Part shown: positions 1-7,734 of the stretch, piece by piece | How positions within the stretch are numbered: the first letter of the stretch is position 1 | Layout of the letters: each line of letters starts with the position of its first letter | Assembly: GCA_042217545.1 (NCBI GenBank) | Contig: JBDGSM010000067.1 | Coordinates: forward strand, 1 to 22,787 | Direction: 5' to 3' | DNA from: Candidatus Nanohalobium sp. | GTDB taxonomy: Archaea > Nanohalarchaeota > Nanosalinia > Nanosalinales > Nanosalinaceae | DNA: 22,787 nucleotides | Made by a program: the position numbers and the translations under genes | The notes under the pieces: generated by a model | Told to the model about the DNA's origin: nothing | Database searches by the model: none | What the model saw: only the letters and a program-made list of their open reading frames with translations

Positions 1-75
1 TGCGGCGGCCGGGATTTGAACCCGGGTCTTCGGCTCGAAAGGCCGAGATGATTGGCCAGACTACACTACTGCCGC
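1..75 (-). tRNA. tRNA-Glu (anticodon TTC)
   Basis: Reverse complement GCGGCAG TA GTGTAGTCTGGCCAATCAT C TCGGC CTTTCGA GCCGA AGAC CCGGG TTCAAAT CCCGG CCGCCGC A folds as a cloverleaf; anticodon loop CTTTCGA gives TTC. Confidence 0.95.
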
Positions 76-158
76 ATATGCGTGTGTACTTGAAGTCGAA
101 GTTAACACTTTTAAGGCAACCGAAACCAACAAATTTCTCACCTGAGAAGGCCTTAACT

Positions 159-566
159 ATGACAGACGACTGTGTATTCTGCAAGATTATAGACGGCAAG
201 ATTCCATCCCACAAGGTCTACGAGGACGAAAACATGATTGCCATACTGGACGCAAACCCGGTTTCCAGAGGCCATACGCTGGTGATCCCTAAGAAGCATG
301 TAGAGACCATTCACGAAGCCGAAGGAATGAACTACCTGCATGACGGTCTTGTCAAGGTGTCGAACGCTTTGCAGGATGCTTTCGAACCGGAAGGTATCAA
401 CATCGCACAGAACAATGGAAAAGCTGCGGGCCAGGAAGTCTTCCATCTCCACTTCCACGTAACGCCTATTTACAACGGAACAGAGCTGGATATCACATAC
501 AACCGCAGCGATCTTGAGGACGGTGAAGAGGTAGCAGAGGAGATAAAACAAAATTTCGGGGCCTGA
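159..566 (+). CDS. HIT (histidine triad) family protein
   Basis: DCVFCKII N-terminus, GHTLVIPKKH and HLHFH triad. Start moved to ATG 159 because the longer ORF overlaps the tRNA. Confidence 0.93.
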   Translation: MTDDCVFCKIIDGKIPSHKVYEDENMIAILDANPVSRGHTLVIPKKHVETIHEAEGMNYLHDGLVKVSNALQDAFEPEGINIAQNNGKAAGQEVFHLHFHVTPIYNGTELDITYNRSDLEDGEEVAEEIKQNFGA

Positions 567-622
567 AAAGGCCTTAAAACATGTCTTTTTCTACATAGGT
601 TTCTCTAAACTCCGGGATAAAA

Positions 623-640
623 ATTTAGCCCCACCTAAAT
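623..640. promoter_or_regulatory. Putative DtxR/SirR/MntR-family metal-regulator operator
   Basis: Perfect inverted repeat ATTTAG-N6-CTAAAT upstream of the ZIP transporter; TATA-like CTTAAA near 660. Confidence 0.6.
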
Positions 641-688
641 ATTTTACAGTAGTAAGGCTCTTAAACGCAGGGGCATTATTGAAGAGGT

Positions 689-1525
689 ATGGCGGCCTTG
701 GAGGCCTTGATTCTGGTGTTTGTGGCAGGTCTGATAACAGATTTAGCTACAGGACTGGGGGCTCTTCCATTCTTCATTTGGGAGGAGGTCAGTGATCGCT
801 GGATCGTAGGCCTCTGGGGGATTGCAGGAGGTATAATGCTTTCTGCTTCGGTCTTCGGTCTTATCTGGAAAGGATATCTTTATGCCATGGCAAAAGCAGG
901 TTTCGTCACGGCTTTCTGGAAGTTGGGCCTGGGCCTGTTACTCGGAGCGGTTCTTGTGGAGTTAGCGGACAAGGTTATAGACCAGTACGATCATGAGCCG
1001 GAGGATATGGCAGAGGCGAATTTCAAGAAGCTTCTGTTGATTCTCGGCGTTTTAACTGTTCACAGCTTCCCTGAAGGAGTGGCTATAGGAGTTTCCTTTG
1101 CAAATCTCGGCATTACATCTGCATCGTTCGCTTCGGTGAATATTCTGGGATTCGTGGTTCCGCTCCTGGCAGTTTTCATGACTCTGGCAATCTCGATCCA
1201 GAACATTCCGGAAGGCTTGGCAGTTTCGATCCCGCTGAAGACATATGACTACAGCAAATGGGACATGGTGAAGTACTCAATCTTCTCAAGTGTTCCACAG
1301 CCTATCGGAGCCGTGCTCGCGTACTACTTCGTCACGATCGCCCAGCAGATACTTGTCATAGGATTCGGATTCGCAGCCGGAGCGATGATCTTCCTCGTCT
1401 ACGATGACCTCGTACCGGAAGGCCTTGAACAGGGTGAGGACCTTCCAGCAAACGGGAAGAAACAGATGGCTGCAGGCCTCGTAACAGGATTCCTGGTGAT
1501 GATCCCGCTCGTCTTCCTGATATGA
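689..1525 (+). CDS. ZIP (GufA/ZupT) family divalent metal transporter
   Basis: Multi-TM protein with HSFPEG and QNIPEG metal-site helices and GFAAGAMIFLV. Confidence 0.92.
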   Translation: MAALEALILVFVAGLITDLATGLGALPFFIWEEVSDRWIVGLWGIAGGIMLSASVFGLIWKGYLYAMAKAGFVTAFWKLGLGLLLGAVLVELADKVIDQYDHEPEDMAEANFKKLLLILGVLTVHSFPEGVAIGVSFANLGITSASFASVNILGFVVPLLAVFMTLAISIQNIPEGLAVSIPLKTYDYSKWDMVKYSIFSSVPQPIGAVLAYYFVTIAQQILVIGFGFAAGAMIFLVYDDLVPEGLEQGEDLPANGKKQMAAGLVTGFLVMIPLVFLI

Positions 1526-1562
1526 CCGGGCAATTTTTTTACTTTCTCGACAATTCCTACCT

Positions 1563-1937
1563 ATGACCACAGAACTCGCTGGAAACCTCATGCTCAGAGA
1601 TAGAAAGATACTCCTGCTCTACAGGGAAGACGAACAGCACTGGGAGGTGCCCGGTGGGAAGGTGGAGGAAAACGAATCGCCTACAGAAGCAGCGGTCAGG
1701 GAAGCCGAAGAAGAGATAGGTGTAAAGGCCTCTCTCGAAAAACCATTCTACAGCGGGGAGTTCCAGCACAACGACGAAATCTTTCTATGGCACTGCTACA
1801 GGGCCTCGATAGAGGGAGAACCCGAGATAAAAGAGGATAGGTTCGAGAAGCTGGAGTGGTTCGAGGCCTCGGAGCTGGATGATCTTGAACTGGCGCCGAA
1901 CATTCAGATGATCCTTCCCGCGTTGAGAAAACTCTAG
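1563..1937 (+). CDS. Nudix hydrolase
   Basis: Complete Nudix box PGGKVEENESPTEAAVREAEEEIG. Confidence 0.92.
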   Translation: MTTELAGNLMLRDRKILLLYREDEQHWEVPGGKVEENESPTEAAVREAEEEIGVKASLEKPFYSGEFQHNDEIFLWHCYRASIEGEPEIKEDRFEKLEWFEASELDDLELAPNIQMILPALRKL

Positions 1938-2164
1938 TCCTGTAGCTCAGGTTCGAGAAGCGTCGCTATCACTTCTTCCTCGCTGCCTGAAGGCCCGGTG
2001 ATCTCAAGCACGTCGTCCGCGACTTCTACAGTGGCTTCTCCTGAGTCGTACAGGGCTTCTCCGCTGCCGTTCCTGTCTCTATATCCTCTCCTGTTCAGGA
2101 CTGGCTTGATGGAGCTGTAGAGCTCTTCCTCAGAAAGTTCTTCAGGGTAGGTAAGCTCTTTCAC
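1934..2164 (-). CDS. Small acidic hypothetical protein
   Basis: 76-aa acidic ORF with GTG start; its stop overlaps the Nudix stop convergently; composition matches the other genes. Confidence 0.6.
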   Translation of the reverse strand: MKELTYPEELSEEELYSSIKPVLNRRGYRDRNGSGEALYDSGEATVEVADDVLEITGPSGSEEEVIATLLEPELQD

Positions 2165-2233
2165 ATCAAGAAGTTTGCGCTAAAACTTTATTGGCTCTTC
2201 GAAATCAGTAAGAGAAAGGATATGGATAGTAGA

Positions 2234-2253
2234 GAGGGTTCCCGAGAACCCTC
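2234..2253 (-). terminator. Hairpin downstream of the rpl18e-rpoN operon
   Basis: GAGGGTTC-N4-GAACCCTC 8-bp stem followed on the minus strand by a pyrimidine-rich tract. Confidence 0.45.
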
Positions 2254-2257
2254 AAGC

Positions 2258-2337
2258 ACTGCCAACATGACCGAAAATCCTCTGGAGATTTTCTGGAAAC
2301 TCAGAAACTCTGGAAGAGTTTCGAGTGCTGCGGCAGT
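2258..2337. repeat. Twin-hairpin intergenic element (copy 1)
   Basis: GAAAATC-N7-GATTTTC TGGAAA CTCA GAAACTC-N5-GAGTTTC, enclosed by ACTGCC/GGCAGT. Confidence 0.6.
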
Positions 2338-2346
2338 TGAAGGCCT

Positions 2347-2544
2347 CTAAGTAAGCTTGTGTTCTCCGACTTCCTGAATGGTGTCTACGTGTGTCAGGAA
2401 GATTGTTCTGCAGCAGTATTTCTCGACATCCAGATCGTCAAGGACTTCTCCTTTGTCCTCTCCATCCTGGACTCTCTCCTGATATTCCTCCCATTTGTCG
2501 CCGATAACCTTGCCGCAGGTCATACATCTGACCGGAAATTGCAT
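2347..2544 (-). CDS. rpoN: DNA-directed RNA polymerase subunit N (Rpo10)
   Basis: FPVRCMTCGKVI...KYCCR motif; follows rps9. Confidence 0.97.
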   Translation of the reverse strand: MQFPVRCMTCGKVIGDKWEEYQERVQDGEDKGEVLDDLDVEKYCCRTIFLTHVDTIQEVGEHKLT

Positions 2545-2579
2545 TTTCTTTGATACACCCTGTGAAAGTGCAGAAAATC

Positions 2580-2987
2580 CTATCTGTAGGATTTCTGCTG
2601 TTTGTGCCGTGCTCCTTTCGAAGACTGGCTTGGTTTTCTGGTCTCTGTCCTTCTCGGATCTTCGACCATCATGTTTCTGTCGTAATCCCTGAACTCTCTT
2701 TCAAGATCATCGCTTCCCGTGTGCTCTACAAGGCCTCTGGCAATAGCCATACGGATGGCTTCTGCCTGTCCCTGGATTCCGCCACCGTGGGACTCGACCT
2801 TGATGTTAAGGCCTTCGTAGACCTCTTCGCCGGCGATGATAAGAGGTTCCTTGACTCTCTCCTGGATCATATCTCTCTGAACGTGGAGAGGCCTGGAGTT
2901 GATTCTCAGCGTGCCTTCGCCCTCTGTGATCGTGGCTCGAGCCTTCGCTGTCTTCCTCTTTCCGTTAGTGTGTGTCGCTTCTGTCAT
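2580..2987 (-). CDS. rps9: 30S ribosomal protein uS9
   Basis: GKRKTAKARA, GGGIQGQAEAIR, C-terminal QKSYR. Confidence 0.97.
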   Translation of the reverse strand: MTEATHTNGKRKTAKARATITEGEGTLRINSRPLHVQRDMIQERVKEPLIIAGEEVYEGLNIKVESHGGGIQGQAEAIRMAIARGLVEHTGSDDLEREFRDYDRNMMVEDPRRTETRKPSQSSKGARHKQQKSYR

Positions 2988-3034
2988 TCGAAAACACCTC
3001 GGCTGTTTTCTGCAAAGTCACTTTCTTCGAAAGT
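2988..3034. repeat. Twin-hairpin intergenic element (copy 2), includes rps9 SD
   Basis: TC GAAAACA-CCTCGGC-TGTTTTC TGCAAA GTC ACTTTC-TTC-GAAAGT; CACCTC reads GAGGTG on the minus strand. Confidence 0.6.
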
Positions 3035-3462
3035 CACTGTTCTCCACCTCTTGGAGTCCAGCCGATATGCTTGGATACGTCGCCAAGTTTTACATAGTTC
3101 CTGTTCTTCAGCTCGTCGCCTTCCTTCACATCGACTTCCTCGGGCTCGAACTCATCCGGAACACCTAGGTAAGTCCTGACACGTGAATGCATCTCACGTC
3201 CGCGCTTCTCACTGTCAGGAAGCATACCTCTAACAGTACGCTTCAGGATCTTGTCAGGCCTCTTCGGATAGTAAGGACCGAAATCCTTCCTTCCCCTGTC
3301 GTACTTCGTCTTGTATTGATCTTTGATCTCGGCCTCATCACCGGAGATAACCGCCTTCTCCGAGTTAACAACTCTCACTTCCTCGCCGTCCTTAACGGAA
3401 CGGGCGATGCTGGAAGCCAGACGTCCGAGAACCTTGTTCTCTGCGTTGATAACCTTTGTCAT
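3034..3462 (-). CDS. rpl13: 50S ribosomal protein uL13
   Basis: INAENKVLGRLAS, GPYYPKRPDKILKRTVRGMLP. Confidence 0.97.
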   Translation of the reverse strand: MTKVINAENKVLGRLASSIARSVKDGEEVRVVNSEKAVISGDEAEIKDQYKTKYDRGRKDFGPYYPKRPDKILKRTVRGMLPDSEKRGREMHSRVRTYLGVPDEFEPEEVDVKEGDELKNRNYVKLGDVSKHIGWTPRGGEQ

Positions 3463-3511
3463 TCGAAATTCACCTGAATTTCTGTATCATGAGAAAATCT
3501 ACGATTTTCGA
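3463..3511. repeat. Twin-hairpin intergenic element (copy 3), includes rpl13 SD
   Basis: TC GAAATTC-ACCT-GAATTTC TGTATC ATGA GAAAATC-TAC-GATTTTC GA; TCACCT reads AGGTGA on the minus strand. Confidence 0.6.
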
Positions 3512-3862
3512 TCATTTTACAATTCTCACCTCGGAACCTTCAGGATTCTCCTCGACCAGATCGCGGATAAACATGAACTCTCCGTCTTCCTCGATCGATT
3601 CACGAGCTCCTGTGGAGGTCTTGAAAGCTGCAACGTCCAGTTCCTTTGTCAAACGACCGGAACCGAGAACCTTGCCCGGGATAACGACTGTCTCGCCGTC
3701 TTCCGCAACTCTCTCAAGATCGGAGAGGTTTACTTCAGGCCTCTGTCTATTAACTTTACCTAGATTTTCAGCCACTTCATTCCAAATAGGAGCGTCCTGC
3801 TCCTTAAGGAATTCGATTGTCTCCCTGAGCACAGGGTTGCTTGGGTCTGCTTTAGCGTCCAT
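3512..3862 (-). CDS. rpl18e: 50S ribosomal protein eL18
   Basis: APIW..VAE.L, EVNLS, VVIPGKVLGSG motifs; canonical position before rpl13. Confidence 0.96.
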   Translation of the reverse strand: MDAKADPSNPVLRETIEFLKEQDAPIWNEVAENLGKVNRQRPEVNLSDLERVAEDGETVVIPGKVLGSGRLTKELDVAAFKTSTGARESIEEDGEFMFIRDLVEENPEGSEVRIVK

Positions 3863-3976
3863 AATTAGATAACACCTCGCGGCGCCCTCTCACAGAGGAG
3901 AGGCGTTCAAGCAGGCATCAAGGCCTGCGGGCCACTTAAAGGCTGTAACTACATGAGAGGTAGAAAATTTTTTAAA
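3863..3976 (-). promoter_or_regulatory. Promoter and structured ~80-nt leader of the rpl18e operon
   Basis: TATA-like TTTAAAAAA (3976-3968, minus strand), hairpins GCAGGC/GCCTGC (3911-3928) and CCTCT/AGAGG (3886-3898), SD GAGGTG at 3878-3873. Confidence 0.45.
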
Positions 3977-3988
3977 TCAGGAGTGGAT

Positions 3989-4342
3989 CTAGTTCCCGTA
4001 CTCGTTTTCCTCGATAAGCTCGTCGATCCTCGCCGCCATGATGAAATCGTTCTCGTGAAGCCCGTCGATCTTGTGGGTGTACAGCTTCACGGTAACTCTG
4101 CCCCATGTGAAGTCGTTGAAGATCGGGTGATGTCCCTGCTCCTCCGCGATCTCCCCCACATCGTTCACGAAATCCAGTGCGCTCTGGAAGTCAGGGAACT
4201 CGAACTTCCTCTTGATATGGTGGTTGTCCTCCTGCGTCCATTCCTCCCTGAGATCCTTCATGTGCCCGTGGATCTCGGTTGCCTTCAAAGTATCCGCGTC
4301 ACCGCTGCATGCGGTGCATACCTTCGAGGAGAGCTCACTCAC
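3989..4342 (-). CDS. Pterin-4-alpha-carbinolamine dehydratase family protein
   Basis: F.DF..ALDFVN.VG.IAEEQGHHP, LYTHKIDGLHENDFIMAARID. Confidence 0.93.
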   Translation of the reverse strand: MSELSSKVCTACSGDADTLKATEIHGHMKDLREEWTQEDNHHIKRKFEFPDFQSALDFVNDVGEIAEEQGHHPIFNDFTWGRVTVKLYTHKIDGLHENDFIMAARIDELIEENEYGN

Positions 4343-4352
4343 GGTGAGGCCT

Positions 4353-4709
4353 CTAGATCTTTTTCATGAACTTTTCCTTGTTTTCCTCGAGGTGAGGCAC
4401 AAGCTTTCTTTCCTTGATCTCCTCCTTCGAAACCCATTCTCCTCTCTGGGGATCGCCCTTCAGCTCGACCAGGTAAGGATTCCAGTTATTACCTGAGCCG
4501 AGAGTCAACTGGAGCTTTCTCTTGTAACGGGTTACCTCGCAGTCGCACTGGGAGAACTTTTCAGAAGCACGAAGAGCAGCTTCAGCAGAAATCTCACCTT
4601 TCTCAGGCCTTACGCTGGGTACGTCCCAGGCCTCTTCCTCCTCGTTCCTGAACATAAGGATTTTCTTGTTACGCACTATAAGTCCTGCAGAGATGCTCGA
4701 AACACTCAT
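4353..4709 (-). CDS. Nudix-fold protein with degenerate Nudix box
   Basis: AGLIVRNKKILM...WDVPSVRPEKGEISAEAALRASEK aligns by eye to the 1563 Nudix protein. Start ATG 4709 lies 23 nt from a TTTTTAAA box. Confidence 0.75.
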   Translation of the reverse strand: MSVSSISAGLIVRNKKILMFRNEEEEAWDVPSVRPEKGEISAEAALRASEKFSQCDCEVTRYKRKLQLTLGSGNNWNPYLVELKGDPQRGEWVSKEEIKERKLVPHLEENKEKFMKKI

Positions 4710-4749
4710 ATAGTATAATTGACTCCGCTCGTTTAAAAAGAGGGAGATG

Positions 4750-4929
4750 TTAGAGGCCTCCAGAGTAACAGCTTTCACAGATTTCGGGTTCTCTGCCCAC
4801 CTGGTTGAAAGGTACGCAGATCCTGTTCCCGCAGCCTCTGCAGAGCTGTATGACGTAACCAATGTTCGCATCCGTACTCTGCGGAAACCCGTTGAAAGGC
4901 CTCAGTGTTCTCATCCTCTTCGTGGCCAT
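4750..4929 (-). CDS. 59-aa CxxC-x17-CxxC zinc-finger protein (not in ORF track)
   Basis: MATKRMRTLRPFNGFPQSTDANIGYVIQLCRGCGNRICVPFNQVGREPEICESCYSGGL; SD GGAGGTGA 8 nt upstream of ATG. Confidence 0.8.
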   Translation of the reverse strand: MATKRMRTLRPFNGFPQSTDANIGYVIQLCRGCGNRICVPFNQVGREPEICESCYSGGL

Positions 4930-4930
4930 T

Positions 4931-5035
4931 CTAGTTCTTCACCTCCGAGCCACACCTCACGCATACAGAGGCCTTTGACGTGATTTTGAAACCGCAGTTC
5001 TGACAGAAACTGATTCCCCTCCCATCTCCTTTCAT
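4931..5035 (-). CDS. 34-aa zinc-ribbon microprotein (not in ORF track)
   Basis: MKGDGRGISFCQNCGFKITSKASVCVRCGSEVKN; CxxCG-x9-CxxCG; TTAAAA box about 27 nt upstream. Confidence 0.75.
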   Translation of the reverse strand: MKGDGRGISFCQNCGFKITSKASVCVRCGSEVKN

Positions 5036-5157
5036 AGCAACTACGAATTTGAAGCCCTCCTTTTAACCGTTTTCAGGGCCTGTTCCGGTACTTCCGCTAC
5101 GTCCGGTTTTTCTGTAAACCGGTATATTCAAGAGCAGCTCTCACCCAGAGTTTATAC

Positions 5158-5454
5158 ATGCCTGGAATAGAACTGGAAAAGGTGAAGATCGACAAGCACG
5201 CGATCCCCTGGTTTGACCACAACCTGGATCGTGATAACATAATCCTTCGGAGCGATGGAAGAACGGAAGGCCTCAGAGAAACCTTTACGGTCATCAAGCT
5301 CTTCTACCTGGAGGAAAGAGAAATGCTCAAAGCCATCATGGAGGTCTTCAAAGACGAGAAGGAGAACGAGAGAAAGACATGGCTTATACCCAAGTCGCAG
5401 ATACTTTCTATGACCCGAGGAGGAGAAGTCCCCAGCACAGCAGAAGACGAATAA
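5158..5454 (+). CDS. Hypothetical protein, paralog of 6637-6929
   Basis: 98-aa ORF sharing KH.IP, DHN.DR, EGLRETF.VI.L.Y and WLIP.SQI with the downstream copy. Confidence 0.8.
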   Translation: MPGIELEKVKIDKHAIPWFDHNLDRDNIILRSDGRTEGLRETFTVIKLFYLEEREMLKAIMEVFKDEKENERKTWLIPKSQILSMTRGGEVPSTAEDE

Positions 5455-5622
5455 GGCCTCTAACTGCCCGCAAACTTCACAAAAATCATGCCATCTTTCT
5501 TCAACTCGTAATCAACCCCTGTTTCCAGATCATTGTAGTTGAAAGGCCTTTTAACCGGTTGCAGGGTCTTTTCCGGAAGTTCCGTTTCTGTGTATGGAAA
5601 GCTTAATAGCCTGCGGTTAGAA

Positions 5623-6075
5623 ATGTATACTAAAAATGTTTGTGATGTTGATGTTTGCGGTGCTGGCGGTGAGTGGCTGTGTAGCTGTAGAGGGAGGTTC
5701 TGACCCTGCTGAGACGGACGTGGCCGAGATCCGGGTGGAGAGGCCTCTCCGTCTTCAGGCGAGGAAGAAAATGTTACGGTCGTCACCTATACCTCTTCGG
5801 GTTTCTCCCCTGGTACTGTGAACGTTGAGGTGGGGGATACTGTCGTGTGGAGGTCTGAGACCTCGACTCCGATGTGGGTCGCTTCTGATCGTCATCCGGT
5901 CCACTCGAAGTATTCGGGTTCTTCGCTGAGCGAGCACTGTGGCCAGGGAGGAGGTTCCTCGTTCTATCAGTGTTCCTCTGGCGAGACGTACAGGTTCACT
6001 TTCGAAAAAGACGGTACCTGGGGTTATCACAACCATGAATACGCCTCCCATACTGGAAAGGTGGTCGTTGAGTGA
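5623..6075 (+). pseudogene. Cupredoxin/plastocyanin-like lipoprotein, frameshifted in this sequence
   Basis: Lipobox signal (MFVMLMFAVLAVSGC) is in one frame; cupredoxin body (VTYTSSGFSPGTVNVEVGDTVVW...FTFEKDGTWGYHNH...GKVVVE) is in another. Frame switch at about 5713-5730, with a probable extra A in AAAAA at 5632-5636. Confidence 0.7.
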
Positions 6076-6588
6076 ATCTCAGGGAGATGGATCCCGTGCT
6101 GTCCTGGGGTATAACAGTGACTCTTGCATATCTGTTTACGCCGTATGTAGGCCTGATGCCGGTGAAAGGAGTTCCTCTGAACTTTCAGATACTTCTCATG
6201 TGGACTTTGCTGATGATACCTCCTGTCTATCACTCGTACAGAGAGGCTCAAGGTCCTCTGGGCTGGAAGACGCTGAATACGGGCTGGAGCATCCTTATCG
6301 TTTTCGGTGTAGTCGGAAACTTCGCGGGGGGAGCTGTTTGCGACAGATCCGCAGATACTCACTTACTCGTACTATCATAAATGGCTGCTCGTTCCTGGCC
6401 TCGCTTTCGTCTACACTGCTTACAGGATGAACGATGAATCCAGAAAGATATACGGGGCTGCGGCCGTCCTCAACATCGCAGCAGCTCTGGCTCTGTTCGT
6501 TGCTCCAGGATTACAGGTCTACACGTTCCAGACTGCGGCACTGATCCAGGGTTTGCCGATGATCGCCGACTGGTATGTGCGGGGCTAA
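6072..6588 (+). pseudogene. Multi-TM membrane protein, frameshifted at a G6 run
   Basis: Removing one G from 6326-6331 continues the hydrophobic ORF (ELFATDPQILTYSYYHKWLLVPGLAFVYTAY...ADWYVRG) to TAA at 6586-6588. Confidence 0.7.
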
Positions 6589-6636
6589 GGGAGGGGAACC
6601 GTTTCCTTGATTAACCTGGCCGCTCATCAAAGAAGT

Positions 6637-6929
6637 ATGGTTGAGAGGAAAGAACGTGTAGAGCTGGATAAGGCTGTCGTTGAGAAACACTCGATACCTT
6701 GTACGATCACAATCAGGACAGAGGTGATATCGTTCTGGAAAGCTCCGGTAAGGTGGAAGGCCTGAGGGAGACTTTCAGCGTGATTGAACTGGCTTACAAC
6801 AGGGAAAATGAGATGCTTAGGGCTGTACTTGATGTTCTCGAGGAGGATGGCGACTCCGAGAGGACTGTATGGCTGATACCCCGTTCCCAGATCAAGTTCA
6901 TGAGCAGGGAACATGATGGAGGGGGGTAA
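6637..6929 (+). pseudogene. Paralog of 5158-5454, frameshifted at a Trp codon
   Basis: MVERKERVELDKAVVEKHSIP then TG TAC GAT (6700-6707), where the paralog has TGG TTT GAC; one missing G. Confidence 0.75.
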
Positions 6930-7008
6930 CTTAGAGGTGACCTCTCAAGCAGGTTTTTGAGGCCTTTCTCCAGGTAAATTTTTAACCAAGGCAACTGATT
7001 TAGTATGT

Positions 7009-7365
7009 ATGGCACACAAACTGTTGTCAATAGATGACTCTGGTTTCGAGAGGAAAGTACTGAGGAACGCATTGGAAGAGGATTACGAGTTCCTGGAGGC
7101 TGAGAACGCTGAGGAAGGCCTTGAAAAATTTGAGGAGGAAAGGCCTGACCTTGTATTGCTGGATATCAGGCTTCCGGACCGTGATGGTATAGATGTGCTG
7201 GAAGAACTGATGGATGAATACGATAATCCCAATGTAATTATGGTTTCAATTGTAAGGGAGGAAGAGACGAAGAACGAGGCTATGGATCTTGGTGCTGAGG
7301 CCTACGTGGAAAAACCTGTCGATGAAGACGATCTGCGTGAGACCGTCGAGGAAGTGCTGGAGTGA
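7009..7365 (+). CDS. cheY: Stand-alone receiver protein (CheY-like)
   Basis: IDD, DLVLLD, IMVS and KP are all intact; TTTTTAAC box about 25 nt upstream. Confidence 0.85.
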   Translation: MAHKLLSIDDSGFERKVLRNALEEDYEFLEAENAEEGLEKFEEERPDLVLLDIRLPDRDGIDVLEELMDEYDNPNVIMVSIVREEETKNEAMDLGAEAYVEKPVDEDDLRETVEEVLE

Positions 7366-7371
7366 TTTTCT

Positions 7372-7734
7372 GTGAAGGCTCTGGTAGTGGATGACTCCTC
7401 CTTTATGAGGAACATGATGAGTAATATCCTTGAGGACATGGATTTCGAGGAGATAGAGGAAGCGGACGATGGAAGTGTCGCTATCGAGAAGTTCGAGGAA
7501 GAGGATTTCGACCTCGTCACTCTGGATATAATAATGGATGATGTCGGAGGGATCGAGGCCCTGGAGGAGATCAAGGATATGGACGAGGATGCTGACGTGA
7601 TCATGGTCTCCGCAGTAGGCCAGGATGATATGGTGGATGAAGCGAAGGATAAAGGCGCAGAAACATTCATCAACAAGCCTTTCGATGAAGAGGACGTCAA
7701 GGATACCGTAACCGAACTTATACTTGATCAGTGA
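7372..7734 (+). CDS. cheY: Chemotaxis response regulator CheY
   Basis: VVDDSSFMR, DLVTLDIIM, VIMVSAVGQ, KPF; GTG start. Confidence 0.92.
   Translation: MKALVVDDSSFMRNMMSNILEDMDFEEIEEADDGSVAIEKFEEEDFDLVTLDIIMDDVGGIEALEEIKDMDEDADVIMVSAVGQDDMVDEAKDKGAETFINKPFDEEDVKDTVTELILDQ

Noticed and set aside
48..158. N-terminal extension of the HIT ORF
   Set aside because: It overlaps tRNA-Glu and its promoter region; HIT similarity starts at ATG 159.
2255..2340. Hammerhead ribozyme or tRNA-Pro remnant after rpoN
   Set aside because: No CUGAnGA core and no T-loop on either strand; kept only as a hairpin element.
4710..4871. N-terminal extension of ORF 4353..4871
   Set aside because: The region is occupied by a TATA box and by the CxxC-x17-CxxC gene in another frame.
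6690..6710. Programmed ribosomal frameshift
   Set aside because: No slippery heptamer; the intact paralog shows a simple missing G.
5158..6929. Paralog pair as CheF
   Set aside because: They are far shorter than CheF and show no recognisable similarity.
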